A stretch of DNA of 64,000 nucleotides from Tubulanus polymorphus (Eukaryota > Animalia > Nemertea), in assembly GCF_964204645.1 (NCBI RefSeq), contig NC_134029.1:2666001-2730000 (forward strand), read 5' to 3'. The notes under the pieces are model-generated. The model had not been told where the DNA came from. It saw nothing but the letters and a program-made list of their open reading frames with translations, and made no database searches. Made by a program: the position numbers and the translations under genes. Each line of letters starts with the position of its first letter. The first letter of the stretch is position 1. Positions 51,119 to 61,497 of this stretch are shown here, piece by piece.

Positions 51119-53723
51119 ATGTATTCTCGTAATCTTATCCTTCTCAGCTTCGTCGTTTATTTCCATTCGACTTCAGCTTGTAAATGTGTACCACCAGCTA
51201 TAGAACAGGCTTGCACTTCGAATTTCAGTAAGTATCTAATTAGAATAGAAAGAGTACCAGATAGATTTAGTGTGAAAATGTTGATCGAGTAGAATTGTAT
51301 CGTGGTTGTTACAAAAACGTCCCTTTTTTCACAGGTTTTCTGTTAATATATCTATAAGTTTACTTTTCACTGTAATACCAACTACTTTTAAAAGCTGGTT
51401 CTGCTAAACAAATTCGTTCTAAAACTAGTTTTCGAAACACTCCTGAAATATTGAATTGAATTGTATATTGTATACTATCAATAAATTAACCTTACACTCT
51501 CTTACACTCTGTCAATACGTATGACAGGTTTTATACGTATATATATATATATACCTGAACTCGTACTTGGAATACAGTGTTATATACGTTACGCTTTTAA
51601 TAAGTGCGGCCAAAGTCGGATATAGCATAGTATAGTGCCTTGGCGTAGAGTTAATAAGTTGTGCGGTTAACGTATCAGCGCATTAATACATTGGCGCATG
51701 AATACATTGATAATTGGGTATTAACCGCGGCAAAGGAACAGTTCATTTACACGTTGACCGACGACTAGTGACAGTTGACTACTGTTGGTTGTTTGTTGGT
51801 TGGCCCAGTGGAGAGGTGATAGAGTGCATATTTCACCCGCTGGTTGACGGCCGACGGATGACACGATGCAATGTTGTCGCCAATGTATGTACAAGGATCG
51901 TGGCGACAGAGACGATAGAGTGTATAGACCTATATCATCCGCTGGTTGACGGTCGACGGATGACACGTCGCAATGTTGTCGCCAATGTATGTACAAGGAT
52001 CGTGGGTTGACTGGTTGACGGGTGACCACACAACACAAACAAACAAGAGAAGTAAATCTAAACCGAAACAGTAAACTATAAGAATCAGCTACGAAAGTTT
52101 CATTTTTGATTTTGAAAAAAGAGCCGTCACGTATCGACGTCGTTCTGTAGCAATGTGAACAATGCCATATTTCACCGTCCCCACAGTTGGTTTTTTGGAG
52201 GCGCATCTCACGTTGACAGTGCTGAAAATAAATAATGAATCTCCTGTGATTTTGAAGGCTCGACCGTGTTGAAACTAATATCAGAGAACTGGAATTGACT
52301 AAAGAAAAATAGAAATGCAATTTCTATTTTAAGTATGGGGTTTATCATGTGTTTGGTCACGTGGTGTGTTTGGTGTTTAAGGTTAATAGATCGTTAATAG
52401 TTAATTTGTTGGTTGGTAGATACGTCGACACGTTGGCACATGGAATGTTAATGACTGGCGATTTGAATGTGTCGACATGACAACTTTCTTTGGGATACAC
52501 ATAAACCGAAGAACTCAGTAAGCATACGCGAAGGAACTATACTATGCAATACCCTACTTGAGCCATAAGTGCTTTGTGTTCCAAACTGAAACGATGATGT
52601 CTACAAAATCCTTAGCGATCGTGGTCGTTATTTTGGCAATGACGATGGTTAAATCTATCGATAGTTGTTCGTCGTTGAGTGATATGTGTACTGCGAATTT
52701 CAGTAAGTAAATATCTGTTGTTATCGTATGATAACGGATAACTCTAGGGTATAAGATTGTGTGTGTTTTTTTGCCATTTACTATTGAGTTTATAGAAAAA
52801 GATTTGAATTTCTAAATCATAATCTAATATATCTCTCCCTGTATATTCACATTAATACCATTATCTTTGCAGCGATTCGAGTGAAAATTATATCCTCAAA
52901 TGGAACGGTCGATTCGAACCCACCATCAAGTGGTAATATCGTATATAATGTCAACCTTATTAGTGTATATAGGGTATGTAAAAGTTCACCTTTAATGTAT
53001 TCTTCAGACGCATTTGATAAAATATGCAAACGGTATATATCTAAACACTGAGTTGGACCCTGGATTCTAAAACGTTTTAGAATCCATGGTTAGACATTCC
53101 GAAAACAGTTTTTGAATCAAGGTCTCCAAAGCCAATTTTGATTAAACAACAACCATTCTAAGACCATTTCCAGACTAAAAAGAAAAAAACATTTAGTGCT
53201 CTTCTGGGGCTGGTTTTATCGATTGCTACGTATTATCTTGAATCCGGAATTAACTGAAAATGCATTGAGTTAATCCTCGGAGCAAAGTTAAACAGTCCCT
53301 GTTGATTTGACCTACAGTGCCCGATATTCATACCCGATTATAACTTTTTTCAGTGGCACAGCGACCACCCAAGAACGGTTAACACCATTTCAACACCCAG
53401 TTCAAGTGCCGCATGTGGAGTAAGATTGCCATTGGGTTCCGGCAAAATATTAATGGGTAAACATCTTATGTTCTTAACATAAAGTCGTATCTATACTAAT
53501 AAAATCGAGCCCGATAATTCGTTTTCTTTCCGTTTCAGGAGGTTTTTACAAGTCCCAAGCCCAGGTTCACTCGTGCTCCTACAAGGCTGATTGGTCAACA
53601 GAAGAGGAAACTGAAATCTATAAGACTCTTCAGAAATGTGGAGCCGACCTGAACAGATCAAAACTGACTTGGACCGTTTTTATCGCTCTCTTCGTTTGGA
53701 TAACGTTTTTGAACCAGAAATAG
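51119..53723 (+). CDS. single-domain TIMP (N-TIMP/NTR) protein with C-terminal GPI-signal-like tail, isoform a (165 aa)
   Basis: Exons 51119-51227, 52873-52973, 53354-53456, 53539-53723 give MYSRNLILLSFVVYFHSTSA/CKCVPPAIEQACTSNFTIRVKIISSNGTVDSNPPSSGNIVYNVNLISVYRWHSDHPRTVNTISTPSSSAACGVRLPLGSGKILMGGFYKSQAQVHSCSYKADWSTEEETEIYKTLQKCGADLNRSKLTWTVFIALFVWITFLNQK*. Mature Cys at 1, 3, 12, 71, 97 and 118 match the N-TIMP pattern; TPSSSAACGV motif present. Confidence 0.88.
51608..52564 (-). mobile_element. internally deleted Merlin (IS1595/ISXO2-like) DNA transposon
   Basis: Imperfect ~39-bp TIRs starting GGC (ggccaaagtcggatatagcatagtatagtgccttggcgta versus reverse complement ggctcaagtagggtattgcatagtatagttccttcgcgta). 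Perfect 8-bp TSD ATAAGTGC (51600-51607, 52565-52572). Minus-strand zinc-ribbon fragment QHCQREMRLQKTNCGDGEIWHCSHCYRTTSIRDGSFFK. Internal ~96-bp direct repeat at 51818-52005. Confidence 0.88.
52594..52702 (+). CDS. alternative first coding exon (1b) of the TIMP gene
   Basis: MMSTKSLAIVVVILAMTMVKSIDS/CSSLSDMCTANF; 109 nt, ends CGAATTTCA|GTAAGTA exactly as exon 1a does; phase 1 into exon 52873. Confidence 0.8.
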
Positions 53724-54179
53724 AGATATTCACTATAGAATTTCACTCTATGGATTAAGTACAATACATGCACTATTTATATATGTTAAGACTGTGATAA
53801 AAAAAATTTTGAGAGGTTGCCAATATTCCGCCCAACGTTACGGAGAATTGTCCTGCTCTTATTTGATATATGTACATGTTATAAATGGCTTTTCATAGAT
53901 TCGGTTTATTACAAAAGTTTTTACAAAAGAATCTTTTCCACAACAAATTTTTTCTAAAGAAATACGCATATGTATATACATCAAAGATGAAAAGATATTT
54001 TTTGAATAAACTTTGAATTGAATGAGAAAAAAATTGAGAGTTGAATTGATAACTGATCCACTGGAAAATATATGACTGATAAACGATCTCACTAGCTTTT
54101 GACATTTCTATTGATGGCATAAACATGATAGATCAAGGCGAATTAATGATAACCTTTTGTAATTGGTGATAAGGTGATG

Positions 54180-54566
54180 CCTCTCCCTCTCCCTCTCCCT
54201 CTCCCTCTCCCTCTCCCTCTCCCTCTCCCTCTCCCTCTCCCTCTCCCTCTCCCTCTCCCTCTCCCTCTCCCTCTCCCTCTCCCTCTCCCTCTCCCTCTCC
54301 CTCTCCCTCTCCCTCTCCCTCTCCCTCTCCCTCTCCCTCTCCCTCTCCCTCTCCCTCTCCCTCTCCCTCTCCCTCTCCCTCTCCCTCTCCCTCTCCCTCT
54401 CCCTCTCCCTCTCCCTCTCCCTCTCCCTCTCCCTCTCCCTCTCCCTCTCCCTCTCCCTCTCCCTCTCCCTCTCCCTCTCCCTCTCCCTCTCCCTCTCCCT
54501 CTCCCTCTCCCTCTCCCTCTCCCTCTCCCTAACCCTCTCCCTCTCCCTCTCCCTCTCCCTCTCCCT
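54180..54566. repeat. (CCCTCT)n / (AGAGGG)n hexamer microsatellite, ~64 units
   Basis: Read directly; one CCCTAA variant near 54527; explains the ER/RG/PL repeat ORFs. Confidence 0.97.
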
Positions 54567-57289
54567 AAAACGTTCAAGACTTCCTACCGAAAACCGGGGA
54601 TCGATAATAATTACTTGTGAGTATAAATCACGACCCATCTACAATGATATAATCACAGAACAGCCAGTAATTTGCTGAAGGGAATATTGGCAAAATAATC
54701 CGCCGTATGAGATACAAAACTGGTTCCATTCATCAGGAAAATGCTTCGGACCAGAGCAAAAGCAATTTCAAGACCTTTTTGCGCATATCCGTGTTATTGA
54801 ATGGGCCGTAAGGAATGATAAAAACGCAGATACAGATAAAAAATAATTGAATAAGATCGTATTGAGTTACCAATTATACAACAGAATATTCCATCTAAGA
54901 ATGAATTTCTGAAAAAAAAGATGTCTGCGCAACATCCATAAGACTTGACCGTTTGTCACGTGTAAACCATCGACCAATCGATAGTAACACGATATGACTC
55001 CTGGTCGCACGTGACTGGTGGTTCGGGTAACCCCTAATACTAATTACCGGCACGTATCGCGCGTCAACTGTAAGATAATAGAGTCGCATCTGTTCTATAT
55101 ACAGTGTGGTCGTACTAATTAACGCTATACCTCGATAAGACAATAGCGGCTACTGTTACACGTATCAAATATCACATGCTTTCTCTGCATCTATATACGT
55201 ATGATGGTTATTCTCTTTATGAACGTGGGAACGAAGGTCACCGAAACTGCCTAGAATTATCAATACTTTCATATAAAACTTGAATTTTCATTAACGCGGT
55301 ATCCATGTCCGCTGATGTGACGACAATCTCCCAAATTGAATGAGAACCAAACAACGTTTAACGTTAGGAATGCTCGACTGTCACAAACGTGATTTCGGTG
55401 TTTGAATTTCGACTTTTTGAACAAGCAAGCTAAATATTCGCTTATACTTCTATGATATACTACAACTGACTAATCAAGAAGGTGAAGTTTGATCTGCAGA
55501 CAGTTTTCGATCGATCCGCGCGATGTTCTAAATGTGTGGTTTGTGTGTATAGTTCATATCTCGCTATATTCGTGTGACATTGTAACATGGTATTACAGTG
55601 TCAATGGAGACGGGGATTATACGCCGGATTATCTCCGCCTAAGCGGATTAACTGTAATGAGATTTGCTAATATGTTTGATGTGTCACCAATGCGACAGTG
55701 CACGGCATTGTCTCTATACAGTCGGGCTCAGTAACACAGTACCCCCATTAGCACCGATCCAGATCCCGAGTTCAGACAAAAAATCGAACTTCTTAAAAGA
55801 GTTTCATTCTTTTGATTTTCAGATCAAATGGAAATTAAACTGATCGAACACCCGGCTAGGTAACCGTCTAAATCGATTCGCCCTCCGGGTTTTTTCCTGA
55901 TTTGATATGCGATGTTATTACCACGGTGAACTCCTTTTGAACCCGGTGACATCCACGAGACGAGATCCCACAGTTCTACACACGTATATACATCAAAACT
56001 CGCAATAAGCTAAGATACCAAAATTTGTAAAATAAGACAATGAGTCGTAACACGTCTACATGCGACAAGTAAAGTGAAGGTCGACTAAGTTGAGTGAAAT
56101 GTATTCGGGGGTAGTTAACAACAGCCCCCCCCCTGCTCTTGTACTGCACTCTACCAGAAACATGTTTTGATGATTCATAAGGATATAGAGAGGATAGGGG
56201 ATACACGCGTAAGAAAGAGGAAGGCTAATCCCATCCAGTTTTACTCAACCCGATTTTCCGCTGATAATCTGGTAACGGTGATGTTCTGGCCAATTAAATC
56301 ATGTCCTTGGTTGACTCGGAAAATTGCTATTTCTTCGTCTTGATGAGTCAGCGATTTTACAATTGACACACAACACACATATTATCCCCCCCTCGCGAAT
56401 ATCTCTTGATTACTTGTTCTTTTGTCATCACTGGTTTGTCAGTGACAGACTAAAATCAGAATTCTGGCCTGTCGTTTTCCCTAATTTTTGTTGTATTTTT
56501 ATCACACGTAGAATCTTCCAGCGAACACGTAAATACACGCTATCGCTCAAAACAATCGTACAAAATCAATTTCTCTATCAAATCGTATTTGTATCCATTC
56601 GTTCGACAAAAGTTAGATTTTTTCAAATGAAATATAAACCACGCGTAAACTCCGGAGATATTGCGAATCGAAAATCTATGGAAGCGATGATAAATATAAA
56701 CCAAATTTTTCGATTAAGAATGAAAATAATGTATTGATACGAACGATTTCAGGGTCCTATTCTCCTCAGTTTGGTGAAAAACAAGTGAATCAAACGAATA
56801 AAAACTATACAGATTTATGTGCAGTAGTTTTATTTTTGCAGTAGTTTTATTCATTTGATGCTCATGTATTTCACCTGATGAGGGAGAGAGATACGATCCC
56901 GAAAACGTTAGCGTCAATCAAACGGTTTTTACTCATTAGAGGTTTACCCGAACTTTCTACCTTCGATTTATTTTGAATCTTGTTTTATTTTTGTCGTCTG
57001 AAAAATTTTGCCGTTTCGCTTTATGTCAAATGTTCGTTCGAGCAATTAAAGAAATGTGTAACTTATATTCGAGAATAAAATGCTTCTGGCTGTTGTTTCC
57101 GTGCGTGTGTGTGTGACTTCTCTCCATTTTTATCCGATGTTAAGAAGCTAAAGCTTGGCAAGCCCCGAGTGCCGTGTAATCATCTATAACGTCACACGGA
57201 GCGCCAATAAGAGACACAGTTTCTCTAGATCCACTGGTTGTATGTATAGTTACTCACTGGTTCTCGCGACCATCAGCTACACGCGTTGC

Positions 57290-57462
57290 GACACAGTACA
57301 CAGTCACCCCCAGTCACCGCGGTGAAACGCTAAACAAACCTACTGCTTCGTGAAAACTTTATCACAGACTGTCGGATAAGAGCTTCACGCAGATACGCAC
57401 CTGCGTTGTAGTTTTTGTGAATATCCAGGATAACTATCTATATATTCGTTCACGATAAGAAG
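57290..57462 (+). other. probable non-coding first exon of a gene continuing downstream
   Basis: Strong AAG|GTAAGT donor at 57462, Inr-like CAGT motifs near 57293-57315, no ATG; start coordinate approximate. Confidence 0.35.
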
Positions 57463-57641
57463 GTAAGTTTTGAATTCTAGATTTTAAAAGTTTGTTATCG
57501 CGAAACTTAAGCCACAATCATACGAGCGTTTTTTTAACCCGGGGAAAATATGGCCCGTGTTAACCGTTCACACCGGCGGTGCCAAATGGGTCCGTGCCTG
57601 TTTGAAAAGAGCCAAAGTTGGCTCGACCAAAATGTCGGATC

Positions 57642-57707
57642 ATGCCCGTGCAAAATTGTAAGCAAGTAAATTAATGCCCGTGCAAAATTGTAAGCAAGTA
57701 AATTAAT
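57642..57707. repeat. perfect 32-bp tandem duplication
   Basis: atgcccgtgcaaaattgtaagcaagtaaatta occurs twice in tandem. Confidence 0.9.
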
Positions 57708-60700
57708 CAAAACATTTAGCTACTGGTCACAATAGTGTTTTAATAGGTTTAGCATAATGTTTGTAGCCAATCTAACTAATGCATACATTAGATATTGAAA
57801 TAATGTCTTTGAATATTTTTGATTATATATATGTGCGGTGAGGTGTTCGTGAAGATATGATATAAGTATCTCGTGATTCTGAATTTACTGTTCAAGCACG
57901 TGGTGATTCGACAAATAGTCGCGTGTGTTTGAGCAGGAATCAAATAACGTCACAACTAATCGATGATTCTTCGTATCGAAATCAGATTCTACAGGTCAGC
58001 CTCTCTTCCTCGTCTCTCAGGATCACCTGACAACCAGTATTCCCGTCACTTAGTTCCATTAAACTTTTTATGATAGCACGACATCAGCTGTGTTGTTACC
58101 CATCGTCTAGCCAGAACCACGTCACGAGATGATTCATCACTGAAGATCCATCCGGTATATATCCCTTTAAAACAAAAAGTAAACATGTTAATGTTTTTGA
58201 GACCGAAGCGACTTCTTTAATGCATCGATGCATCGCGAAAAAACCCATTCAAAACGATATGACGTTTTTTCCCCTGAAATTCGCTGATGGTTCTGACAGC
58301 CTTTTTCCTTGTAGTTTCTGTGGTTCACTGGGTCTCGGGAAGATTTAATGAAATAGTAACGCATCGTAAAATGTTGAATACCGATAACTCGCGTCGAGCG
58401 CAATTCACAGATTCCCGTCAAACGGTTTTATATGGTATCCCTTTTAACGAGTCAGACACATCAATAATTGACGGTCTTCATTCCACCAATTAAACCCGTT
58501 CTATTAAACAGAAATTTCTAATCCGTCGCCCGTTAATGATTCAGAAAGTAAGACCCAGGAAGTTGAAAAATATTTTTAATGTGATTTCTATCATCTGCCT
58601 CCAGTAATCTTATGGTTTGTATTGCAACTGTGAATACAGGCAAGTGGACAATATTTGAAATATTTCATTGATATAGTAAGCGATTGAAAAATTAATGCGA
58701 CACGTGTCTTTGTCATTGTGTGCATGCGGAAATATCCCTCAGCATATCAGAGATATCTAAGACAAAATCCATCACAATTCCCTTATACTTTCTTTACACA
58801 GAGTGAACGTTAAATTATAGATAAAAGTGATTTTCTGATGACGGAGTCTTTGGTAAGTCTGATAGGATTGTTATTTGACTGTCGCCCGCTACAGATGCGA
58901 CAGATCAGTTGAAAGCTTTTGATTATCAAATCAAATCCATCCGAGCAATTCATCCGATATACACAAAGCCTTCGATTAATTATTTGGGAGAATCTAAGGC
59001 CTCACGTGCGACTAGCTCCGGACACGAAAAAAGAACCGGCAGGAAAATTCTTGTTCTTCACCAAGAGAGATCAATATTCTGGTGATGGAAGAAAATTAGG
59101 AAATATAGCCGCAAAGCAGCGATAACGTGTGTTCTGCCTAGTATCATCATACACATTCAAACTGTAAGGAATTATAGAAATTACAGCAACAAAATCGGAG
59201 CGTTCAGTGGGTACAAAATCCCGGACTCATCCCGATGAGATAAACCCACTGGACCGGTGACTCACGCGGTGTGTAAAGCTTAGTTCGGTCGGTTGAACTG
59301 TTATGCATTTAATGACTCCACCCATGGACATCGAAACCGTATCGGGAACCACTCGTGCTTCATTAGAATACAGCCCCGAGGTATACTTAATTAAAGCAGC
59401 ATCATCAAAGATATAGTTTTTAATTCATTAGCTCCAAAATCATTTCTTTCCAATCACCAGATTTAGAATCGAATTCATATATGATTCTGTGTAAAGTATG
59501 ACCAAATATGGTAGGGTATCTATAATCCGTCTGGTTTATATAAGGGTGTAATTGCGTGTATTAGGTTACTCCTGTATTATCTTAACCGCATCAGTTTCTG
59601 TTGATATCTAATATCACTGTTCGCATGCGTCTTTTAACCTTTCGATGTCTGTAATATGAAGGTAATTAGGCTTCTTTCTGATGCTGATGATGATATATAT
59701 TTCAAACTATAATCGCTTCGATTTTACAGTCTGTTCGCCACAACCTAGTCATTATTAAATCATTATACCAGGTATCGTGTGGACTTTGATCTCCGTTGGA
59801 TGCGTCAGAATTTCTACTAGTTATTGGTGTTTATATTACAGAATTCTAACGACTTCGATCGAATCTTAATTCGTGCAAGTTTTCACGCTCCGTTTACACG
59901 AGATCGCGTATAAATGAATGTATGTATTTTCGTTTTTTTTTTCCTCACAAAATAATGAAATGTCAGACAGCGAAGCACGAAAATCGTTACCGGAGAATTT
60001 TTTTCACTTCTGGAAAAACGATGTTAATATCGAGGAGCGTGTCCCTGACTGTTGTAAGTTATTTTTGTCGTCTATTTCATTTTTTTCTGGGAGAAAACGA
60101 AATTTGATGACTTTTGTGCTAATGAGCGAATCAGGAATATCGGATATTATTTCGATTCACTTGTGACACAAACGAAAAACGATGCTAATTCCGACGCTTT
60201 CGTTTTTTTCTTATGACGAGCGAGAAACGCGATAATTTTTGTGTTAATGAGATTTTTTGGTTCGCGCAAAAACATCGGCGATTTATTACGTGTATTCGGC
60301 GGCTGTCGTCGGTCGAGGCTTGGTGTAAATAAACAGAAAACTGAATTACTCTTAAAGTGGCCGAAAGCTTTGATGCCGCTGTTTCTGGAATAATGCTTCC
60401 TCTCATGAGAATACGGCATTTGGTGCTCGCTTTAGAAATCTACTAACAACTTCAGATAATAAGTCGGCTAACTATCTTCACTTCTTTCTCTCCCGAACGA
60501 CATTTATCGGCGTAACATCACGCGTCCATTAGGACTACGGTTCCGCTCCCCTCTCTATCGCTTCCCCCCTTATTCTCCTCCCTCTCCCTCTCCTCTTCTC
60601 TCCCCGCCCCACTCTCTTTAGGACATCGAGACAGCGCTGTATGGATTTTTCGATTAGCGGTGTCTTGATTCGTCAGAGAAAGCTCATTATTGTTCGGCAA

Positions 60701-61421
60701 CTAAGAAACTTTTCCGTAAATCAACCTTAGTTCTTTTTCTATGAGGACACGCGTAGAATTCTCTTCCCGAAAACCAATTCAGTGAAAAATCTCGGAAAAC
60801 ATCTCTTGACGAGTGTAAAGAAACACTTTTAACTTTTTAACGTTTTAAAAAAAATTTGACGTCAGAAAACACTGAAGTTACGTTTATTCAGTCGGCGACT
60901 CTTAATGTAATTTTCTTGGACTTTTCAGTTCTCAATCTATCGGTGAAGTTAGTTCTAACTGTACGTAGAGAAATCAAGCGTTTTTGTCTGTTTATTCTTC
61001 GGTGATTTTGGCCCGTAGGAAGCGCTCTATTTGAACGAATTACGGCGGCAATTGAGGTAAACCGTAATCAAATCACACTTTCCCGAGACGCAACGGGCGT
61101 TCGTTATTCTGGTCACGTGATCGCGACAACCGGTCTCGACTGACAGCTGACAATTTTACAGTTCATCTTTGATTGTCTGCAGTAGACGAAGCGACACGCT
61201 GAATCGAAGATGACGAATCGATGAATTTTGATATCGAATCAGAGTTGAAAATAATTCAAAGTTAGAAACGTGTTGAATTTTAAGTACGTATTATCGTGTA
61301 TTCTAAAAACCACCGCAGTAGCAAGATTCCCTTTTTTAGAAATATCGTCACGAAAATCAATTTCAAAATTAGATATAATTCACAGTCAGAATTGATTATT
61401 AATGAAGTTTCAGAAAAGTTA

Positions 61422-61497
61422 CCGTGGATTGGATTCGAACCCGTGGCCATGATTTTACAAATATCTACCAAAGCCACAGTGGCTGTATAGTCAACGG
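61422..61497 (-). pseudogene. tRNA-like relic (76 nt)
   Basis: Minus strand: CCGTTGA...TCCACGG acceptor-like stem (6/7 pairs) and B-box GGTTCGAATCC; D-arm and T-stem are degenerate. Confidence 0.35.

Noticed and set aside
51721-52320. 199-aa ORF as a functional transposase
   Set aside because: Only a short zinc-ribbon fragment is transposase-like; there is no DDE domain and the rest reads through internal repeats.
54108-54638. ER-, RG- and PL-dipeptide repeat ORFs
   Set aside because: All are readings of the hexamer microsatellite.
56324-56737. 137-aa ORF
   Set aside because: Non-ATG start, composition typical of AT-rich non-coding DNA, no motif.
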